Source: Octopus vulgaris (Eukaryota). Taken from it: a stretch of 64,000 nucleotides of DNA. The notes below the pieces were generated by a model, which had not been told where the DNA came from, made no database searches, and was given only the letters and a program-made list of their open reading frames with translations. Each line of letters opens with the position of its first letter. The stretch's first letter is position 1. The DNA lies in the NCBI GenBank assembly GCA_951406725.2, contig OX597826.1:70556001-70620000 (forward strand). Direction: 5' to 3'. Positions 53,731 to 64,000 of the stretch are shown piece after piece. The position numbers were made by a program, and so were the translations under genes.

Positions 53731-55740
53731 TTAGGTGATATAGACAAAGAATTTATAGAAATTGATAAAAATGCTTTGTGATGATTCAAAATTTCGAAAT
53801 GAAAAATATATGGAAATAAAACTGTGACATAAACACGGGGAAGAAGAAAAAAATAAACATTGAAAGATTTTAGAAAGAAATGTGGAGAGAAATCGCAAAA
53901 AAAGTAAGTAAAAAGAAAATGCAAACACACTCACAAGGGTCCTCATGAACAAGGAGCTAAATCTCAAGAATTCCTTACAAAAAGGATGACATTAGTAAGA
54001 TGTGAAGACAACTTGAAGCCAAGATGTATATAGTGGCGTAATTAAAGTAATATTAAGCGACTTTGAGAAAAACGTGAAAAATTATGGAATCGATGGGATT
54101 TGATACAGAGGTGTTTATGGCGAAATAAAAAACAGGCATAGGAACAGGAACAAGTGAGACATCCTAATAGGAGTGAGCCCCCTAAAGCCAATCAAATAAT
54201 CTCAGACATTCAGGATTACCTTGATCATCAATCGCAAAATACCCCCACTAGCTATTTTCTCAGCAATTCAGCTCCGGTGATCTGATGAGCTAGCCTTCTT
54301 TATCTGCATTAATCTGTCAATATTAATCTAGCTTTGGCAGTATATCTTCTAAAACTGGAACGATATAGAAGAGATTAATTTGTGAATAGAGAATTGTATT
54401 GTATTATGCTGAACATCCTTTTTAAATCAAACGTACTTATAAGTTCTTTAATACTGCATGAAGTGGGTCGCGAAACGGCCGTAAGCGAATGGAAGCCACG
54501 TGGTTAAATATACATGTATATACGTGTGTGTGTGCGTGTGTTCAAGAAAAGGCTGCCTGATAAAAGTTTGGGCTTTCTAACTGTCATCAGATTGTAATTT
54601 ACTTTTGGTAGGTGGAGAAATGTAAATGAAAATATATTAGATGTGGTGGTGGTAGACAGAAGTGGTTGTGTAGGAAGCGGGGGAAAAGAAGGGCCGAAAG
54701 AAAGTAAATGTTTGTAGTGGGTGTGTAAAGAGAATGGGATGGTGGAAAGAGTTTTCCTGGTTTGATAAGGGAACTTTGTTATTGTTTGGATTCGTTCAGA
54801 CAAGTATGTAAATGAATAAACTTTTATAGGTGTTTATGAGGCAAGTGTCGCATTCAGGTCACAATTTGTGTTGGTTGAACCTTTTCTCATAATTAAATCA
54901 TAAATACTTTGCACATAAAATAATGTTATGCTATTTTAGGTTTGATAAAAAATATATTTATACATGATACAGGCTCACTTTGTCACGAAGTGTAGATCAT
55001 TAAACTACCTACAAACTACCTACAAAAGGAACATTCTACCAAAAAAAACTATATATAAATCAGAAGGGCCAAAGAGAATTAGTCAGATGACAGTCAGCCG
55101 AAATTTCGACGTTTTTGTCAATATTTTTCTTGAACAACTGTTGAATGAACCGTCAATCTAATGTTAAATTGTTTTTATAAATAAGTTTACGCAAAAACAA
55201 ACAACACACACATATAAGTGAATATATAGGCTACAGTTGTTTACCTTCGTAGCAGATATATTACACAGGAACACATATTTTCAAAGAGGCCATAGGCTAT
55301 GTCTGTTTTCCCAAAATATGTTCTTTTTGGCTTCCATACAGAATCACTAAGAATATCGTTATCTGCCGAACACAGCAGAGAGACACAAGGAAAAGTTTAC
55401 TGATTAGAAAAATAATTAATCTAGAATAAATACGTAAATTAGTATAGCATTTTGAGAATAAAAGTATTTTTTAGAGATTTAAAAAATAATATAAAAGTAC
55501 AGTTATTCTAAATTCCATAGTACTTTGCATATTTTGTTTTTGTTGAATTTTATGAAGACCAACCAGCTTGAATCATTTTCTCAATAGCTTAAATGTAATA
55601 ATTCTGAATATTCCTGAGTGAATCAACATTTCTAAATGAACTGCAAATTTTTCGCTTCTTTTGAAAGTAATTAATTCAAAATATAATAAAGACATTTGGT
55701 AATATTAATAAACCGTTCAAGGCCAGCACGGCAACATATA

Positions 55741-55811
<71 letters not shown>

Positions 55812-56111
55812 TGTTTGGAGAGAGGCGGAGAGTATTAGAGAGAGAGAGAGAGAGAGAGAAGGAGAGATACGTATATACAAACACACACACACATATGCAC
55901 ATCATATATGTATTTATTTATGTATGCATGTATTATCTGTATATATGTGTTTAAATATTTATTAAGGGATTTGTATCCAAGTATCCGTTGGTAATTGAAT
56001 TTGTCTGCAGCTGATGTAAATCTCTTGCAGAAGCAAGGCCAAATTATTCTTTTATTCTTTTATTACTTTCAACCCGAAGGATGCTGCCATTCTGGAACAT
56101 CGAATCTCTTA

Positions 56112-56254
56112 ACTCTCTTTTACTCTTTTACTTGTTTCAGTCATTTGACTGTGGCCACGCTGGAGCACCGCCTTTAGTCGACCAAATCGATCGTAGGACT
56201 TATTCTTTGTAAGCCTAGTACTTATTATATCGGTCTCTTTTGCCGAACCGCTAA
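56112..56254 (-). mobile_element. SINE A 3' fragment
   Basis: ctcttttactcttttacttgtttcagtc...gccgaaccgctaa. Confidence 0.8.
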
Positions 56255-56479
56255 ATTTCTTTAGCGGTTTAAATTTCCTTTAATTTTCCAAGAATGAGAC
56301 TTCTTGGAAAATTCCGGGATCTTCCCGGAAAGTTCCGGGGAAAATTCCTATAATTTCGTGGGAAATCCGAAGGATGAGGGACTTTCTGGAAAGTTCAGCG
56401 GAACAGACTTCCTCGAAAATTCCGATATGTTCCTGGAAATTTCCGAGGATGAGGATGTTGTCCCATCTGCGTTTTCAGG

Positions 56480-57320
56480 AGGAACATGTCCCTCGATCTT
56501 CGAATGCTGAAACTTGAGAAGGAAGAATTTGCATACCGTTCGACGGACAGTGGTCTCCTGGTGTTGGTCTGGCGAGACAGAAAGTACGAGACCATGCTGA
56601 GTGCGATGCACTTTGCTGCAATGTCTGAAACTGACAAACGGAATCGTGCAGGGACCCCATCATAAAACCCAATGTTGTACAGGGCTACAACAGAGCAATG
56701 AGTAGGTTGGATAGATCCGTTCAGCTGGTTACCACGCACAAATCTGCTCGAAGATTCGGAAAATGGTACAAAAAAATATTTTTGTACATTGTGGATATGG
56801 CACTCGTGAACGCACATCTGATCTGGCGAATGCTGGGTGGCGAAGTAAATGGACTCGCATTTCGCGAGGCTTTGATAAATGAAATTATCGAAGTTTCCGA
56901 GCTGCCCAGCTACCGAACGCGTGGACGTCCTCACGCCCGACCGACTCCAAACCGGCTCCTGAACCGACGAGGACATTTCTCGCACTTCATACCGCCAACG
57001 GGAAAAAAGCAGAAACTGGCATGGAAATGTGTTGTATGCACCTCACACCACCGTAGGCGCGAAGCCAGATATCGTTGTCCGGACTGTGATGTGTCCCTTT
57101 GCATATTACCGTGTTTTGAGTTGTACCACACGCAAGCTATATTTTGAACTTGAGCAGAATAACTCGTGCATATCGTATTATGATGAATAGATTCACATAG
57201 TTCGATTTCATAAACCGGTAGATGCGAGCTCGTTGGCACTTGTGTATTTGTGTAGCCTCATTAGATAACAAAACTGGAGCAGTGTCTCTCATGCTTCGAG
57301 TAATACCGACATCAAGGGGT
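56480..57320 (+). mobile_element. piggyBac transposase C-terminal relic with Cys-rich domain and probable right end
   Basis: LVWRDRK, frameshift, then KPNVVQGYNRAMSRLD...KWYKKIFLYIVDMALVNAH...FREAL...CVVC..RYRCPDCDVSLCILPCFELYH* (stop at 57147); AAGGGG|TTAT at about 57319. Confidence 0.88.
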
Positions 57321-57931
57321 TATTATTGTAGGGTATGATTTAACAGTTATTTGATTACTATTTTTAACATGTTAACGAACCCTCTGAGGTTCCTTCATTA
57401 GCTCGTGGTTTTGGCCCTGAACCGAACGTTAAGTTTGTTAGACATATCTATGTCAGAATCACTAACACCAATAGATACGTTTGTGTCGATGTCGTAAATT
57501 TCGAGAAGCCTGCTTAATGACCATATTTGGTCAAAGGTTCTAGCACATACTTAGTATCATTTAGTTTATTATTATTTTCTAATTGATTATACCAACAATA
57601 TTTGTTACATCTAATTTAAGTATGATATATTTATATCTAAAATCGGATATCCAGTTTTAATACGACCATGTAGTGTCTTTTCATGATAAATTGTTTGCAG
57701 TGCTAGCATTTGGAGTCATCAATTTTCGTGGTATTTATAATCATGATTCTCGTGTGTATCATATGGAAAGGTCGTGATCTTGCGCGGGCGGATGAGTAGA
57801 TGGATGGTAAACATTTTTACATTTATATTTGTAGCACACAAGTCAATGACTACAACGATTATTTAGGAACGTGTCTGTTCTCATGGATACCAACGTAATC
57901 TATACTTGTAAATCTACATATTTCTACATAT

Positions 57932-58320
57932 ACTCTTTTACTTGTTTCAGTCATTTGACTGCGGCCATGCTGGAGTACCGCCTTTAGTCGAGCAAAACAA
58001 CCCCAGGATTTATTCTTTGTAAGCCCAGTACTTATTCTATCGGTCTCTTTTTCCGAACCGCTAAGTTACGGGAACGTAAACATACCAGCATCGGTTGTCA
58101 AGCGATGCTGGGAGGACAAACAGATACACAAATATATACACACACATATACATATACGACGGGCTTCTTCCAGTTTCCGTCTATCAAATCCACTCACAAG
58201 GCTTTGGTCGGCCCGAGGCTATAGTAGAAGACACTTGCCCAAGGTGACACGCAGTGGGACTGATCCCGGAACCATGTGGTTGGTAAGCAAGCTACTTACC
58301 ACACAACCACTCCTGCGCCT
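57932..58320 (-). mobile_element. SINE A, full length
   Basis: Complete from tail to head. Confidence 0.9.
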
Positions 58321-58789
58321 ATATATGCACATTGAAAATTCATCTGTCTCCGTGTTCCATAGTATAACGAATTATCATATGCATTGCTTATTGGAAATTC
58401 AACCGTTTCTCTGTATCATCATATAGCATTGTTTAGATAGTCCGGCACTCCGTCGGTTGCGACGACAAGGGTTCCAGTTGATCCGTTCAGAGGAACGGCC
58501 TGCTTGTCAAGTTACTGGCATTTTTTTTTGCTGTCTTTACGCTCTGAGTTCAAATTTTGCGAAAGTCGACTTCGACTTTTATCCTTTTGCAGGTCGATGA
58601 AATGATTACCAGTGCCAAAATTTGAAACCAATATTTCACATTCTTTAATTTCAAATTCAAAAATTCTAATCTCATCTCGTGTTGTAAGGAGGTAGTTACC
58701 TCCCTTCTATTAACAGCCGTAACTAGAGGGCACTACCTGTATCAGAAATAATTACGCTCAGAAAATTTAAATTCAAAATTAATAAATTT

Positions 58790-59925
58790 GCCGATAACAA
58801 ATGGCGTCCTGTTTTTTCCGATATTCTTTTAGATGTTTATCTTGAATATTTAGTTGCTCGGGCCACCCGTTATCGATGAATTACTTAATTGGAATATTAT
58901 CAATATCAGACTTTAAGACTGATTCGATTCGTTTTTGTTTTTCCTTAGTAACCGGCACTCTATGACAATTTCCATGATTTAATGCATCTCAAATCCAGAT
59001 AGTTTGTGTTTATGACTTGTCAAAATTGTAATCAGCTCCGATCGGTAGTTTTGATAAGGCATCAGCATTTTTGCGTTGCTCTGGAGCCTTATATCGTATT
59101 GTATATTTATAGAAAGATAATCACATAGCTAAACGCTGCAATCGTTGAATGCGAGTACAGTTCTTTTTTTCCTCTGGTGAAAACATGTGTAATACAGACG
59201 TATAATAATAATTGAAAATATTGTCCGTATAGGAATTGATTGAAATTATGAAGACCTAATATAATAGCTATTAGAGCTTTATCTATTTGTGAATATCATT
59301 GTTGGTCTGCAGTCAATGTTTTTGATGCATGAGCCAATGGACGTTCGACTCCATTTCCACGTTTTATGAGAACCACACCAGCATTAATGGAGGCACATCT
59401 ACTGGTAAAATTTAGGCGGCGAGCTGGTAGAAACGTTAGCACGCCGGGCGAAATGCTTAGCGGTATTTCGTCTGCCGTTACCTTCTGAGTTCAAATTCCG
59501 CCGAGGTCGACTTTGCCTTTCATCATTTCGGGGCCGATTAAATAAGTACCAGTTACGCACTGGGGTCGATATAATCGACTTAATTCGTTTGTCTGTCCTT
59601 GTTTGTCCTCTCTGTGTTTAGCCCCTTGTGGGTAGTAAAGAAATAGGTATTTCGTCTGCCGTTACGTTCTGAGTTCAAATTCCGCCGGGGTCGACTTTGC
59701 CTTTCATCCTTTCGGGGTCCATAAATTAAGCACCAGTTGCGCACTGGGGTCGATGTAATCGACTTAATCCCTTTGTCTGTCCTTGTTTGTCCCCTCTATG
59801 TTTAGCCCCTTGTGGGCAGTAAAGAAATATATACTGGTAAAATTTTCATTATCATATGCAAGCTTGGTAGCCTCAAACAGTTGTTTCAACTCATTAAAAC
59901 TGCATTGATAATCACTACACGTGAC
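58790..59925 (-). pseudogene. Ty3/Gypsy pol relic (RT connection and RNase H) split by a SINE B insertion
   Basis: Minus strand: SFNELKQL...ERPLAHASKTLT..YSQIDK..AII.GL..F..FLYG...LQR.A..L..Y.YTIRY...KNADALSKLP...IDNGWP, with stops and frameshifts. Confidence 0.85.
59414..59831 (+). mobile_element. SINE B dimer (head plus two bodies) with a 14-bp TSD
   Basis: TACTGGTAAAATTT at 59400-59413 and 59832-59845. Confidence 0.93.
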
Positions 59926-59987
59926 ACTCAGAGAAGCAAAAAAAAACTGACCCGACCAAAATAAAATAGATTATCAATTCCTACTAT

Positions 59988-60065
<78 letters not shown>

Positions 60066-60069
60066 ATGA

Positions 60070-60510
60070 TGCAAAAACAAATAAAATTGCATACAAAATA
60101 TATAATGTATACATGTGAATAGAGAGAAAGCAAAGACTGAAATTTTCAGATTAATATTCAGGTATATATATATATATGGATATTTATATATTAACAAAAC
60201 AAACTTACACAGAGTACAAAGACACAGAAAAATGAAAGGAAAAAATACGACAGCTGTTTCTGAGGGCTCGGAGTTATTTCATGATGTTGGCAGAAACAGC
60301 TGTCAGACTTATTCCCTTTGCTTTTCTGTATCTTTGTACTCTGTGTAGGTTTGCTCTGTCATTAATAGATATACAAATATCTATATATTTATACTTGAAT
60401 ATTCATTGTCTGAAAGTTTTTACTCTTTGCTTTCTCTCTATTTACATACATATATATATATATGTACATATATTTTGTACATCAGATTCAAGCAGTTTTA
60501 CTTATTTATT
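60070..60510. repeat. Diverged inverted repeat (~190-220 bp arms) centred on two half-hammerheads
   Basis: acacagagtacaaaga / tctttgtactctgtgt; agagagaaagcaaaga / tctttgctttctctct; gacagctgtttctg / cagaaacagctgtc. Confidence 0.8.
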
Positions 60511-60664
60511 TGTATTGTTATCTCCATACCTACTCACCTGGATTCTTCTTGTCGTCACTCTTTACCCCGCGGACTTGTTCGTCAGTAAAGTTTTCGGAAT
60601 GTAAGATCAAATCATTTAACTACTACTGTTGCTTTCTATATTGAGACTCTCTAGATCTCATCTG

Positions 60665-60901
<237 letters not shown>

Positions 60902-60907
60902 CAGTTG

Positions 60908-60947
<40 letters not shown>

Positions 60948-61777
60948 GTGCTTCACTTGTTACCTTGCCAATACCCATAGGTTGTGGTTGTCTATCTAAT
61001 CTAGTCAAAACAGAAGGTGTTTCAACGTAATGAAAACACTCTGTCCATCTACGAGTACATATTCAAAATCTTCGTTTTTAAGCCAACAAAAAAGAGCTTC
61101 TATGTAGTCATTTATCCTGCTAGAAATGACAGCCAAATTCACATGTTTGGAAAAGAAAGGACACATTGGATAACATAGTTCCATCCGTTTCGGAAAGGTC
61201 GACGGGAAGGCATCAGCTGAAAACGTTTGATCATTGCTCTGCTCCAAGATAAGGCAGATCACGATAGGAAGCTAAGAGACGAAAATACAACCTTGGGTTA
61301 AACAACAACAACACTATCATATACATGTTTTGCCTATCTAATGAAAATCTATATTGTCCTTCTTTCTATTCAACATCTCCATGTTGTGTCTGTATTCAGC
61401 GTCGACATCTACGTGTTGTATTAATCGTTAGAATAGCTTTATCATCATCATATTTACATGCTAGTACATTCTATTAGTGCTTTACTGTCTACACAATACA
61501 TCCACGTATGTACACTCACTGCATATCGTTTGAAGTGTTTTTATCTATTTGCTGTAAGCTATGTAGATTGATACAGCAGAAATCTATCTCGCTGTTAACC
61601 TTGTTTCGTTCTGTTGAAATCAGCGCAGCAACCATCAGCAAAAGCGGAGAAATTGATTGGAAATTGAAAGCAATAAATATATATATAAATAATATATAAG
61701 AATAATATATAAATGAAAATAATATTTGAAATAAAATAAAAATAATCAGAAGCTAAGAGTAATAATGTTAATAAAAA

Positions 61778-61785
61778 TGATGATG

Positions 61786-61877
<92 letters not shown>

Positions 61878-61903
61878 GATTTCTTTTATTTGCCACAATA
61901 ATG

Positions 61904-61969
<66 letters not shown>

Positions 61970-62018
61970 GTAATGATAGTAATAATAATAACGATTTCTT
62001 TTATTTGCCACAATAATG

Positions 62019-62075
<57 letters not shown>

Positions 62076-62250
62076 GTATTGATAAGGATTTCTTTTATTT
62101 GCCCCAAGGTCGACGGATGAGGAGACGTTGCAAGGAGATATTACAAACACGGTACGGATTCTCACAGAATCGATTATAAGAAAACCGACATGGGAAGCAA
62201 CACAACAACAGCAACAACAACGATAACATAACAACAACAATAAAAGTGAC

Positions 62251-62318
<68 letters not shown>

Positions 62319-62350
62319 TAATAATAATAATAATAATAATAAAAATAATG

Positions 62351-62411
<61 letters not shown>

Positions 62412-62425
62412 CAATAATGACAAGA
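61778..62425. repeat. (AAT)n tracts with a triplicated GATTTCTTTTATTTGCC unit
   Basis: Unit at about 61878, 61993 and 62087. Confidence 0.9.
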
Positions 62426-64000
62426 ATAATGTTTCAGGCAATTTTACTTTTAGCTTCTCAATCAATTTACTTTTGGTAGGTTTCCAAAAATCTCTGCGCG
62501 GTTTATCACTTCATTAAGTACACTTTACAACAGACTTAAGATTTCATCACTTATACGTTTGTTCAATAGCATGCATGTTTAGAATTTATCCTTATGCCAC
62601 AGTATCTCACACACACACGCTCGCGCGCAAGCACGCTCATATACACACGCACACATTCACATATAACCCTATCTATGTACGGACAGACTTGAGTGTAGAC
62701 AACAGGGAGAAAAAGTGAAGCGAATAGACGATATTATAAATAGCTTGAATTAATTTATTGGAAGTTGAACCTTCACGAATCTTTACTCCGATTTTATCGC
62801 TGCCCATCCAAGGATGCTTACGAAAATAGAAACATAACATTTTTTTAAAAACTATATGCAAAAGATTTTGAATAAAACAGCGAGCAATGACTGGACGCTA
62901 GAATATAACAGAAAGAGATTATTGGTTGATAGGGTGTAACGGATGGATGCTATTTGGAGGGAGCAAATAATATTCTATTTTGTTTTTATAATGAGGCTGT
63001 AAAATTGACTTAAACTAACAAATGTATTTAATATAATAATTGTGACAAATAAAATGAAATTACCTTCCGGCTCTTCAAATCCCGCTTAACTCAACTCCAC
63101 CTTTCATCCCTCCAGCATCGATAAAATAAAATACCTATGTATGCTATGAACAGTATGTTAGTTGACAGCGATGGGTTTGCGAAGTCTGCATTCTGAGTTC
63201 AAATTCAGTCGAGGATCGTCATTGCATTTAATCCTTCTAAGAAAAATTGGAGAATTAAAATTAACCAAAACAAAAACAACAGCATCGAGAGACTGTCAGA
63301 GAGAAACTACCCAAATAAAAGTATTAATAAAAAAAAACCCATAAAATAATGACGAAATATTTCCGTTAGACGATACACGTTAATTTTACCTGATTCATAA
63401 TATAACATTGTAAAACTAAAATTTCGCAGAACGCGTATAGCTGATGATATTTTTCGTGCTTTCATTCAATCCATTCCAGTCTAGAAATAAAATGGCCATT
63501 TTCCACCGAGGCAGAGGGAAAAGTACAATTTAGGCGAAATGCTTCACTAATGTAAGGTAATGCAAAACCCAGAATAGATAAGTAAATTCCAAGGGCAACT
63601 GATCTTGTGTTTTTTCAGCTTCCAAATATACTTGGAGAAAGCTGCATCTTATCTTTTTTCGGTTTCTGGCAAGAATATGATTGAAGAAATTTTCAGTAAG
63701 CTCGATATAAGATTTAAAGGCGGTATTAAAATGAGGAGAAACTTTGTTCCAGTAGAGCATAACTCTTAAAGAGTATTGGCCCATCGAAGAAAAGCGGTGG
63801 TATAGAAATTACAATTACAAACAGAGGAATGGATTGTATAATTTGTGTTGGATAAGTTCCCTGTGTCGAATTTAGCGATAGAGGCTATATAGTCGATAAT
63901 ACAAGACAAGCTACATTTAAGCATGATTTGATTAAAGAGATTAGAATATTTATACGTAAAGTATACTAGCCAACTCAATATGGCTAACCACTAAGGGTGG

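Noticed and set aside
54282-54335. CTGATGA followed by a gctag...ctagc pairing
   Set aside because: No GAAA after the stem
63450-64000. Short minus-strand ORFs at the window end
   Set aside because: No recognisable homology or convincing splice structure

Overview
AT-rich, microsatellite-laden animal genomic DNA; the SINE and simple-repeat make-up resembles an octopus/coleoid cephalopod genome (inference). The only host coding sequence is the ~2 kb terminal exon (144-2140, +) of an MFSD4/NaGLT1-like MFS transporter with a ~325-aa Ser/Thr-rich loop. The other ~62 kb is repeat-rich: several tRNA-derived SINE families (some chimeric or multimeric), non-autonomous Helitrons, Tc2-type and mariner MITEs, a full-length dead mariner, and Tc1/maT, piggyBac, CR1-like LINE and Gypsy relics. 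The most notable signal is a set of type I hammerhead ribozyme (HHR) motifs found by manual folding. Six lie in a 3.3 kb array (46297-49569) made of five near-identical, non-coding, self-complementary ~557-bp head-to-tail units plus one inverted unit, which resembles a retrozyme or Penelope-mobilised circular-RNA element. At least six more HHR motifs, from about four other families, occur elsewhere, mostly next to (TA)n or other microsatellites. All folding was done by eye and ribozyme activity is untested. Nearly all ORFs in the supplied track are microsatellite or SINE artefacts.
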